This document shows positions 51,477-60,038 of a stretch of 64,000 nt of DNA, piece by piece. Every line of letters starts with the position of its first letter. Position 1 is the stretch's first letter. The translations under genes and the position numbers were made by a program. The notes below the pieces were generated by a model. It saw only the letters and a list, made by a program, of their open reading frames with translations, searched no databases and was not told the DNA's origin. This DNA is from Thermodesulfobacteriota bacterium (GTDB lineage Bacteria > Desulfobacterota_D > UBA1144), in contig JAYYZJ010000003.1 of NCBI GenBank assembly GCA_036340075.1, forward strand, positions 31,261-95,260, given 5' to 3'.

Positions 51477-53071
51477 AATATTACCTGCTCGATACTCTTA
51501 ACTTGAGGCAAGTTGGCGATATATTCTAATGTCTCTTCTGATACTGGGGAGTCCACCGAGATAAACGATAGGGCTGAATCTTGATTGGTTGAATCATCTT
51601 TTCTACTTAAATAAAGTCTACCAATATTGATATTCATTTTTCCTAATGCTTCTCCAAGCAATCCTATAACTCCGGGTTTGTCATCATTTTCTATAATTAA
51701 AACATTGCCTTCAGGGGGGACATCAATGGCATGCTGGTTAAGCTTAGTTAGAATAGGTTTCTTCTTACCAAAGATTGATCCGGAAACTGCAAAATTCCCT
51801 GCTTCAGTATTGACAATGAGTGTCATCAAACTGGAAAAGTCTTCTTCTGCTGTCAATTTAACCTCTTTTAGTTTTATTCCTCTTTCTTCTGCAATTAGAG
51901 GTGCATTAACATAAGTTACTGGGGCGCTCATCATTGGAGAGAGATAACCTTTAAGGGCAGAGACAGTTAAAGGGGCAATATTCATTTCCGCAATATTTCC
52001 AGTGTATTCTACTATAATTTCTTTTGCGCTAGTCTTACAAAGCTGACCCATAAAGCTTCCTAATTTTTCAGATAATTCAAGAAAAGGCTTTAATTCTGAT
52101 ATTACTTCTTCACTCATTGAAGGCATATTTACAGCATTAGACACTACTCCTTTGTTTGCATACTCTATTATTTGTTCGGCCATTGCTATACCCACTTTTG
52201 CTTGAGCTTCTTCTGTTGATGCTCCAAGATGCGGTGTGTAAATAATCTTATTGTTATCTTTAAAAATTGGAGATTTAAAATCAGGAGGCTCTTCTTCGAA
52301 TACATCGATTGCGGCTCCAGCAATTTTTCCTGATTTAACTCCATCAACTACATCATGCTCGTTAACAATTCCTCCTCTTGCGCAATTAATAACAATTACT
52401 CCGTCTTTCATTAGACCTATAGTCCCTTTGGAAATTAAATCTTTAGTAGCCCCGGTCAAAGGTGTATGAACGCTAATAATATCAGAGCGTTCAAAAATCT
52501 CATCCATTGCAACTAAATCAATAGGTAGATTAAGATTGGTCTCTTTGGATATATACGGATCATGGGCAATTACTTTCATTTTTAACCCTATTGCTCTTTC
52601 AGCAACTAGCCTTCCTATGTTTCCCATTCCTATAATTCCCATAACTTTTCCATAAAGCTCTTTTCCTTGAAAACTTGATCTTTCCCATTTTTTTTCTTTC
52701 ATTGATGAATAAGCTTGTGGAACATTTCTAGCTAGGGAAAATAAGAGGGCAATTGTATGTTCGGCTGTTGTAATTGCATTTGCAGAAGGAGTATTCATGA
52801 CTACGATTCCTTTTTTAGATGCTTCTTTTACATCTACATTGTCAACACCTATTCCTGCCCTACCAATTAATTTAAAATTCTCCCCCAAATTTTCTATTAT
52901 TTCTTTATCGATTGTAGTTGCACTTCTAATTACTACAGCATCGTAATTATTAATAATTTTTTTTAATTCTTGTCTTTCGGTCTTCTTTCGTAAATCAACA
53001 TCAATGTTTGGGTGTTGGTTTAAGAGCTCAAGCCCTTCTTTGGAAAGACCGTCCGTTATTAAAATTTTCAA
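51473..53071 (-). CDS. serA: D-3-phosphoglycerate dehydrogenase (with C-terminal ACT domain)
   Basis: 532 aa. GRAGIGVDNVD; NAD-binding GIIGMGNIGRLVAERA; catalytic His region; C-terminal ASB/ACT domains. Confidence 0.9.
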   Translation of the reverse strand: MKILITDGLSKEGLELLNQHPNIDVDLRKKTERQELKKIINNYDAVVIRSATTIDKEIIENLGENFKLIGRAGIGVDNVDVKEASKKGIVVMNTPSANAITTAEHTIALLFSLARNVPQAYSSMKEKKWERSSFQGKELYGKVMGIIGMGNIGRLVAERAIGLKMKVIAHDPYISKETNLNLPIDLVAMDEIFERSDIISVHTPLTGATKDLISKGTIGLMKDGVIVINCARGGIVNEHDVVDGVKSGKIAGAAIDVFEEEPPDFKSPIFKDNNKIIYTPHLGASTEEAQAKVGIAMAEQIIEYANKGVVSNAVNMPSMSEEVISELKPFLELSEKLGSFMGQLCKTSAKEIIVEYTGNIAEMNIAPLTVSALKGYLSPMMSAPVTYVNAPLIAEERGIKLKEVKLTAEEDFSSLMTLIVNTEAGNFAVSGSIFGKKKPILTKLNQHAIDVPPEGNVLIIENDDKPGVIGLLGEALGKMNINIGRLYLSRKDDSTNQDSALSFISVDSPVSEETLEYIANLPQVKSIEQVIF

Positions 53072-53194
53072 ATATATCCTCCAAGGCCTACGAAATAAAA
53101 ATATATTTTAGCAATCGATTAATGTCAATTAATAGTAATAATTGTAAAAATTACAGGGTAAGTATAAGATTTATCTGTGAATCAAGAAAGCAAA

Positions 53195-53908
53195 ATGAGT
53201 TTTTTACAGCATTTTGGGATATTACGTAAAAGTTTTATCAAAGTTATTTTATTCTTAGTTATTCTCTTTATCCCAGCGTTTTTTTTCCGCGACCTTCTGA
53301 TGGACTTTGCACTTATGCCAATGAATCAATCTTTACCTCCTGATTCAAATATAATCTTTACAAAACCTGCTGAGGGACTGGCAGCTAATATTAAGATTGC
53401 TTTTTTAGCTAGTTTAATTATGACAATGCCAATAATTATTTATGAAATTTGGAGCTTTATTAAACCCGCTCTTTATGAAAACGAGAGGCTTGTCTCTTCA
53501 ATAGTTATAGTGGTAGGGTCTCTGCTATTCTTTGCTGGAGCGTGTTTTTGCTTCTTTCTTGTTGCACCTGTAGCATTTGATGTACTAATAAATCAATATT
53601 CATCTGAGACAATAACCCCTCTTCCTAATATAAGTGATACTTTGGGATTTTTAACTTCTTTAATACTTAGTTTTGGAATAATTTTTGAGTATCCACTTAT
53701 TATCTTTCTGCTATCCAGGTTTGGTTTAACTTCTGCTGCTTTTTTATCATCAAAAAGAAAATATTCGATTCTATTATGTTGTATTCTTTCTGCAATCCTT
53801 ACTCCCACAACCGATGTAATTTCAATGTTGTTTATGCTTTTACCCCTCTTGTTGTTTTATGAAGTTGGCGTATTAATAGCGTATCTATTTCACAAAGAAG
53901 ATAATTGA
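53195..53908 (+). CDS. tatC: twin-arginine translocase subunit TatC (start taken at MSFLQHFGILRKS)
   Basis: Six-TM protein. The N-terminus FLQHFGILRKSFIKVI matches the TatC L.HL.ELR.RL consensus. Confidence 0.85.
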   Translation: MSFLQHFGILRKSFIKVILFLVILFIPAFFFRDLLMDFALMPMNQSLPPDSNIIFTKPAEGLAANIKIAFLASLIMTMPIIIYEIWSFIKPALYENERLVSSIVIVVGSLLFFAGACFCFFLVAPVAFDVLINQYSSETITPLPNISDTLGFLTSLILSFGIIFEYPLIIFLLSRFGLTSAAFLSSKRKYSILLCCILSAILTPTTDVISMLFMLLPLLLFYEVGVLIAYLFHKEDN

Positions 53909-53958
53909 TAAGGAATCGTAATAATAGTAATCTTAATAAATCAACAAGGGGGCTTAAA

Positions 53959-55191
53959 ATGGATTCACCGCTAGTGGATTTTGTGTCTGGGAATTTGCAA
54001 CTTAATCCGTCATCAAAGCATATTGAGGATTTCGTTAAGGGAGAAATTTTGTATCATGGCTCTATTCAAATTACTCCTTTTAGACATAAAGAATATATTA
54101 AAAAGTTTAATAAAAATTATCTTCTTTCAATAGATCGGTCTGACATGAAAAAAGTTGGCTTGATTGATCCTGACAAAGATTTAAAGAAAAAAAAATTCAA
54201 TATAGATAATCCGGGATTTGTTAGTCAGGGATATTTGTTCAATGTTGGTTTTGGTTTAAGTGTTCATGATATCTCATTTAATGCTATAGCCAACTTGTCT
54301 TATAAGAATTTAAAATATGGGTCACCAGTTTTTGAGGGGGACATACTTTATGCTAAATCAGAAGTACTGGGTATTGAAGTAAAAAAAGATGGTGCTAGCA
54401 ATGGTTCCGTACAAGTTAAAACGGTAATTACTAACCAAAGAGATGAAGTAGTATTGGAGTACGTTAGACAGGTTCTTGTGAGAACGAGAAGAGGAGTAAC
54501 TATTGATGCGCAAACAACTACAGAAGAGCAACCTTCTGGTATTGATATTAATGAAATTAATATTCCCTTACAGTATAAAGATTTAAACAGAGAGTTTAAT
54601 TTTCCTAGAGATACTAAAGTAGGTGGAGATACTGAGGTCATTCCTGGAAAAGTTGTGAACTTTAAAACTTTTGAGGAATTTAAAGAGGGAGAGATTTACG
54701 AAGGAAATTTTTCAAAGGCAATTAATTTAGTTGACTTCAGTTGGCTACAAATTAGTACTCTTAACGACGCAAGCATACATCATACTCCTTCATCAAACTT
54801 TATAGGCTATGGGGGAGCAGTTAAATCATTAGTCGAAGGCGAAGTAAGTCATAACATACCATATGCTTATTTCTTAGGTATGAATTCTGGGTCTCATGAT
54901 GCGCCCACATATCCAATTGACATAGTTCAATCGTCGTTTAATTCAGATGATGATGATGATGAAAAAATTATAGGTAGCTTTGAAGTAAAAGAAAAAATTC
55001 AAATTAAAGATAGAGATGATTGTGGTGTATTAAAAATAGAGTTGCGTGGAGATAAAATTGTAACCAAAGCTGGCTTAAGGGCTTACGAAAAAACTGGATT
55101 TAAAGGTATAACAAAGATTCAGGATAATTTAATAAGAGTTTTAACAATGGAGATGCTGATTGCCGTTCCGACAAAGGGAGCCTATAAATAA
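53959..55191 (+). CDS. double hotdog-fold (MaoC-like) dehydratase/hydratase family protein
   Basis: The first half carries GDILYAKSEVLGIEVKKDG...VQVKTVITNQRDEVVLEYVRQVLV, typical of MaoC-like hotdog domains. The second half repeats a hotdog-like pattern. AAGGGGG SD lies 6 nt upstream of the chosen ATG. Confidence 0.5.
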   Translation: MDSPLVDFVSGNLQLNPSSKHIEDFVKGEILYHGSIQITPFRHKEYIKKFNKNYLLSIDRSDMKKVGLIDPDKDLKKKKFNIDNPGFVSQGYLFNVGFGLSVHDISFNAIANLSYKNLKYGSPVFEGDILYAKSEVLGIEVKKDGASNGSVQVKTVITNQRDEVVLEYVRQVLVRTRRGVTIDAQTTTEEQPSGIDINEINIPLQYKDLNREFNFPRDTKVGGDTEVIPGKVVNFKTFEEFKEGEIYEGNFSKAINLVDFSWLQISTLNDASIHHTPSSNFIGYGGAVKSLVEGEVSHNIPYAYFLGMNSGSHDAPTYPIDIVQSSFNSDDDDDEKIIGSFEVKEKIQIKDRDDCGVLKIELRGDKIVTKAGLRAYEKTGFKGITKIQDNLIRVLTMEMLIAVPTKGAYK

Positions 55192-56885
55192 TGTCCGACG
55201 AGAAATATCCAATTAACGATTTAAACCATCCTGTAACTTACAAATGGATAAATGACTTTGATTATGCTTGGAATACTAAAAGTGACCAGAAGAACTGGGT
55301 TCTGCCTAAAGTATTAAAAGAACAGGCAAAAAAGATTCCTGATAAAGAGTTTCTTCAATTTAGCTACAACAAAGCTCTCACCTTTTCCGAGGTAAACAAA
55401 AAAGCTAATCAAATTGCAAATTCTCTTGAAAGTTTGGGTGTCAAAAAGGGTGACAAGGTTTCGGTTTATATGCCTAACTCTTTGGAAATCTGTTTAGCCT
55501 GGTTCGGAATACTCAAAAATGGGTCTGTAATGGTCCCTATCAATACTGCATATGTTATGGATTTTTTACAATATATAATTGAAAGCTCTGATTCAAAATT
55601 AATTATTATTGCCGAAGAATATATGGAAAGGCTAGCAAACATTCAAACAAGAATACCTCTAATAGATAATGTTGTTGTCTGGACACGAAATGGCAAAGAC
55701 AAATTTGATAGTATGGGCTACAATGCAAAGGAGTGTATTTCTTGGAAGAAGTTTATAGAACAAGGGGAAGACTCAGAACCACAAGTTGAAATTACTCACT
55801 TAGACCATGCAAGACTTATGTACACATCTGGCACTACTGGAAAATCAAAAGGGGTAGTAAGGCCCTGTGCTGCTGATTTTTCATCAGCTCAAAACTATTC
55901 AAGCATAATGGACATCAATCCGGATGATACTGTTTTTACTTGTCTTCCTCTGTTTCATTCCAATGCAATGGTGATGGGAGTCTATCCTGCTATGATTAGG
56001 GGGGCAAAAGTTGTTGTTGAAGAAAAATATTCTGCTAGTAAGTTCTGGAAATGGATGAAAGATTTTGGCATAACAAAATTTAATCTCGTTGGGGTAATGT
56101 CGTATTTTATGTGGAATGCTCCAGAAGTCCCTGAAGAAAAAGAACATAAAGTTAAACTTGTTTTAGGCAGTCCTGCTCCACATGACATAATAGAAAAATT
56201 TATGGATAGATTTAATATACTTTTTATGGAAGGGTACGGTTTAACTGAAGTTGGACAATGTACCTTTATGAGACCAGGCGAACCTTTTAGGGTAGGATCT
56301 TGCGGGAAGGAGTCTCCTGGCTATGAAATTAAGATAGTTAATCCTGATACAGATGAGGAACTACCTCGTAATACACCTGGGGAACTTGTTTTAAGGCCTC
56401 GCATACCAAACATATGCTTGCATTATTATTATAAGATGCCAGAAAAAACTGTTTCTGATTTTAGGAACTTATGGTTTCATACCGGTGATTTATGTCGAAT
56501 GGACCAAGATGGATATATTTTCTTTATGGATAGAGTAAAAGATTATATTCGTAGAAGAGGAGAAAATATTAGCTCCTTTGAAGTAGAAAATCTTATTTCA
56601 ACTCACCCTAAGATTGAAGAATCTGCTGCTATTGCAGTAAAGCTTGACGAACAAGGTAGGCATTCGGAAGACGAATTAATGAGCGTCATTGTTTTAAAAC
56701 AAGGAGAAAAACTTGACCCAAAGGAATTAATAGAATTCTTGGAACCAATAATGCCCAAATTTATGATTCCAAGATTCATTAGATTTAGAGATGCTCTTCC
56801 AAAAACTCCAACTAATCGAGTTCAGAAAGTCAAACTTAGAGAAGAAGGTGTAACCAAAGACACCTGGGACGCATTAAAGAAATAA
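55191..56885 (+). CDS. AMP-dependent synthetase/ligase (acyl-CoA synthetase family)
   Basis: AMP-binding motif YTSGTTGKSKGV, TEVG (GYGLTEVG) and C-terminal lid Lys. 564 aa. The start overlaps the preceding gene's stop. Confidence 0.85.
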   Translation: MSDEKYPINDLNHPVTYKWINDFDYAWNTKSDQKNWVLPKVLKEQAKKIPDKEFLQFSYNKALTFSEVNKKANQIANSLESLGVKKGDKVSVYMPNSLEICLAWFGILKNGSVMVPINTAYVMDFLQYIIESSDSKLIIIAEEYMERLANIQTRIPLIDNVVVWTRNGKDKFDSMGYNAKECISWKKFIEQGEDSEPQVEITHLDHARLMYTSGTTGKSKGVVRPCAADFSSAQNYSSIMDINPDDTVFTCLPLFHSNAMVMGVYPAMIRGAKVVVEEKYSASKFWKWMKDFGITKFNLVGVMSYFMWNAPEVPEEKEHKVKLVLGSPAPHDIIEKFMDRFNILFMEGYGLTEVGQCTFMRPGEPFRVGSCGKESPGYEIKIVNPDTDEELPRNTPGELVLRPRIPNICLHYYYKMPEKTVSDFRNLWFHTGDLCRMDQDGYIFFMDRVKDYIRRRGENISSFEVENLISTHPKIEESAAIAVKLDEQGRHSEDELMSVIVLKQGEKLDPKELIEFLEPIMPKFMIPRFIRFRDALPKTPTNRVQKVKLREEGVTKDTWDALKK

Positions 56886-56939
56886 AGCTTTCTTCTTGTA
56901 TTAGTTGTACCAGCTAATTTAACTCAGCCGCTAGAAATA

Positions 56940-58289
56940 CTACTTATCCCAAGGATACTTTTTTACAGGCTTTTGCTTGTAAGGATTTTTCATATCAGGA
57001 TTAAAATATTTAAATGTATTTACATGCTGATCAGTATATGAACCTGGAGGATAATATTTATCATAAAAATCTAAGTCCAAATTCTGAGCCTGAAAAACTA
57101 ACCTCATATACATAGGGTCGACAAATGCTGGAAATGAACCATATGTTTCATATATGTATTCAGCTACCGACTTCACAATTTCTTTTGTTGTGTCAGTAGG
57201 CTTCGGAGCCTTAACTAAATGCTTATCTGGTTCCTCATATGGAAAAGGCTTTGTATCTTTCCAGGCAGCCCATTTATGCTCATCCATCTTATCAAAAGCT
57301 TCCGACATTGATTTATAATACGGTGGACAATATCCTTCAAATATTCCGTCTTTACCAACTGGTCTTGTTGGTCCAGCTTTTGGCTGCTCGAATCTAAATC
57401 CAAGCCCTTTGAAAAGCTCTGGATTAGAACCAAGGGTAAAACGAGGAATCAGTCCTGTAAAAGTCCATCCGCCTAATCCAAGAGCTTGAAGTGCTAACGA
57501 CATATTTTGACAAATAAATGCTTGTTCAACATTTAAACCTGTCAATATTCTTACTTCAAGATCATAAAGTGACATTTTAACTTCTTCTTTTATTCTTCCT
57601 TTTTCTATCCATTTATCTTGTCCGCAGGAACGGTTATTCTTGTCATCCCAAATATTGAAGGCATAGGTGCTACTACAATACAGGGTTAAGAGGTTTAAAT
57701 ATTCCTCTGTTATGTCAGTTACTGGAATAAATGTTGTTGTTCCGGGCTTATTGGTGTTCCATTGATTAAAATCAAACAAGCCAGGCATTTTGTCAGGTAA
57801 ATTTGCTCTTCCATCTTCTAATTTAACCAGGCCTTCTCTATATAGCTCAAGCAATCTTTCAATTTTATCGTTTCTATCAAGTTGAAAGAACATATCAAGT
57901 TCTTTGTCTTTGGGTAGCATGTGTTTTACATCTACATAGTATAAGCCAGAGTCATTGGTAAAGAACAATTCTGTTCCATGATTGTTACACGCAGACGGCC
58001 AAGTTCTTCCTGTCCATTGACACAATAAATCAATCCCATTTTCTGGAGGCAAGTCTGCTAGACACAAACCTGTTAATCCAGTTCCAGCCCATACCAACAT
58101 TGCTTCTTGAAACTCTGTCAAAGGTATTGGTGGAATATCAGATTTGTGAGCCAAGCTGCTATCGGATGGTAGCTCCATTCCTGTTCCAAATCTTCTTGAT
58201 CTCCTATTAAATATTGCTTCAAACAAAGGATAGTTTAAAGCTGCATCGTAATTAACTTTCCCATTGGTTTTTCCGTTTTTCTTTGCCAT
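56940..58289 (-). CDS. nitroreductase-superfamily (SagB-like) flavoprotein, atypically large (449 aa)
   Basis: N-terminus LFEAIFNRRSRRF (nitroreductase RRS.R.F box), TWPSACNNHGTELFF (resembles the SagB-type PSAG..ELY FMN motif), and QNMSLALQALGLGGW (C-terminal nitroreductase dimer-interface helix). There is also a roughly 160-aa extra C-terminal region. Confidence 0.6.
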   Translation of the reverse strand: MAKKNGKTNGKVNYDAALNYPLFEAIFNRRSRRFGTGMELPSDSSLAHKSDIPPIPLTEFQEAMLVWAGTGLTGLCLADLPPENGIDLLCQWTGRTWPSACNNHGTELFFTNDSGLYYVDVKHMLPKDKELDMFFQLDRNDKIERLLELYREGLVKLEDGRANLPDKMPGLFDFNQWNTNKPGTTTFIPVTDITEEYLNLLTLYCSSTYAFNIWDDKNNRSCGQDKWIEKGRIKEEVKMSLYDLEVRILTGLNVEQAFICQNMSLALQALGLGGWTFTGLIPRFTLGSNPELFKGLGFRFEQPKAGPTRPVGKDGIFEGYCPPYYKSMSEAFDKMDEHKWAAWKDTKPFPYEEPDKHLVKAPKPTDTTKEIVKSVAEYIYETYGSFPAFVDPMYMRLVFQAQNLDLDFYDKYYPPGSYTDQHVNTFKYFNPDMKNPYKQKPVKKYPWDK

Positions 58290-58350
58290 GATAAATCACA
58301 CTCCCTTCTTATATTATTATAGCAAAGGTAAAAACGAGAAAAAAGGCTTT

Positions 58351-58785
58351 TTAAATTTGTTGTTTTAGCTGGTTTCTCTTGATTTCTTTGATAGCGAGCT
58401 TCAAGGTAGAGATGCCCAAAGTAGAACATTTGGGCCTAGAAAGCGTTAATTCTTCTCCTAAAATATCCGACATTAATTCTGGCCCCATATTTAGAACTTC
58501 TTCTATGTCTTTTCCTATAACCATTTCTGATATAATAGATGTTCCAGCCTGACTAACTATGCATCCTTCACCTTCAAACTTGAAGTCTTTTATGACTCCA
58601 TCATCATCTACTTTAAGACAAATGCTAATTATGTCACCACATCCTGGATTGCCTCCCTTCTGGAGCACATCACAGCGACCTGCTTCTACATCTGCATCTT
58701 CAATAGTCCCTGTATTCCTAGGATTTTCATAATGGTCTAGGATGAAGTCCATTAACTCCTGTTTCTCTTGTGATTCGTCGGACAT
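58351..58785 (-). CDS. Fe-S cluster assembly scaffold, NifU/IscU/SufU family
   Basis: HYENPRN box and three scaffold Cys in GCGD, FEGEGC and KCS. It has the Lys-before-Cys and FEGEGC features of SufU, but IscU-like spacing. Confidence 0.8.
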   Translation of the reverse strand: MSDESQEKQELMDFILDHYENPRNTGTIEDADVEAGRCDVLQKGGNPGCGDIISICLKVDDDGVIKDFKFEGEGCIVSQAGTSIISEMVIGKDIEEVLNMGPELMSDILGEELTLSRPKCSTLGISTLKLAIKEIKRNQLKQQI

Positions 58786-58796
58786 TATCTTTCCTG

Positions 58797-59639
58797 CTAC
58801 TTCTCAATTGGTGCTTGAACTAAGTTGCCCCATTCGGTCCACGAGCCATCATAGTTCTTAACATCTTCAAACCCAAGTAGATAAGTTAAAACAAACCAAG
58901 TGTGCGAAGATCTTTCTCCAATTCTGCAATAAGCAATAACATCATCTCCAGTCTTAAGTCCTGCACCGTTTTGATAAATTTCAACTAATTCATCTGCTGA
59001 TTTAAATGTACCGTCTTCATTAGCAGCTGTAGCCCAAGGAACACTAGCAGCATTAGGGATGTGTCCTCCTCTTAATGCTCCTTCTTGTGGATATGCTTCC
59101 ATATGAAGTAGTTCACCAGAATATTCTTTAGGTGAACGAACATCAATCAATGGCTTATTTTGATCGCTATGAGCCCTTACATCATCTCTAAAAGCCCTAA
59201 TTTTAGTGTTTAGGTTGCTTACTTTATAATTTGACGCTGGAAAATCAGGCTTGTCTTTAACTACTGGCTTACCTTCGTCTATCCACTTTTGTCTTCCCCC
59301 ATTCATAATAAGACATTTTTCGTGTCCATAAATTTTAAAGGTCCACAAAGCATAACATGCCCACCAATTACTCTTGTCTCCATAAAAAACAACTGTGTCA
59401 TCGTTAGTAATGCCTTTTGATGACAACAATGCTTCGAAATTTTCTTGATTTACATAGTCTCTTACAAGGCTGTCTTGAAGTTCGGTTTCCCAATCAAGCT
59501 TAATTGCTCCTTCAATATGACTAACTTCATAAAGAAGTATGTCCTCGTTTGATTCTACAATTTTAATTCCATCTTTGTCCTTGTTTTCTAAAACCCAATC
59601 GGTAGTAACAAGAACCTCAGGATGTGCATAATCTGCCAT
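58797..59639 (-). CDS. sseA: two-domain rhodanese sulfurtransferase (thiosulfate/3-mercaptopyruvate sulfurtransferase)
   Basis: 280 aa with tandem rhodanese domains and active-site loop CRIGERSS. The stop lies 11 nt before the scaffold gene start. Confidence 0.8.
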   Translation of the reverse strand: MADYAHPEVLVTTDWVLENKDKDGIKIVESNEDILLYEVSHIEGAIKLDWETELQDSLVRDYVNQENFEALLSSKGITNDDTVVFYGDKSNWWACYALWTFKIYGHEKCLIMNGGRQKWIDEGKPVVKDKPDFPASNYKVSNLNTKIRAFRDDVRAHSDQNKPLIDVRSPKEYSGELLHMEAYPQEGALRGGHIPNAASVPWATAANEDGTFKSADELVEIYQNGAGLKTGDDVIAYCRIGERSSHTWFVLTYLLGFEDVKNYDGSWTEWGNLVQAPIEK

Positions 59640-59771
59640 TTTTCTTCCCCCCTTTACAATTTTGAGTCTAAATTGACCTAAAAATTGATGATTTAGTATA
59701 AAAAAACGCTAGAAACTAATGATACAACAGTTTTTATTTTTAACAAATTTTTATTTAAAATTCTCATTTTT

Positions 59772-60038
59772 TTGTATATCATTTCAGATATGTCAGACGA
59801 TGGAAACCAAACAGAGCTAGAAGATGGTCTTGAAGCCAAGCAAGCGGATGAAGCTTTTGATAGTGAAGCTTCTACCGAAGATGAATCAAGCGGAATAGAA
59901 GAAGTATTGCCCTATCCTGATAGAGTTCCGAATTCAAAAAAAGGGGTTTCGCATTCACATTCTTATGTGATGATAGGACTTGTTTTATTGATGGTTCTTT
60001 TCAGTTTTATTATTTCGAATTTTACTTTCTCTTATTAA
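59772..60038 (+). CDS. hypothetical small protein with acidic N-terminus and single C-terminal TM helix; doubtful
   Basis: 88-aa ORF (MSDDGNQTELEDGLE...VMIGLVLLMVLFSFII). Preceded by a 130-nt AT-rich spacer. Overlaps the uvrA 3' end by 54 nt. No homology recognised. Confidence 0.25.
   Translation: MYIISDMSDDGNQTELEDGLEAKQADEAFDSEASTEDESSGIEEVLPYPDRVPNSKKGVSHSHSYVMIGLVLLMVLFSFIISNFTFSY

Noticed and set aside
53008-53229. 73-aa plus-strand ORF upstream of tatC
   Set aside because: It overlaps the serA start codon region and is not TatA-like, with no N-terminal TM plus amphipathic helix. It is probably spurious.
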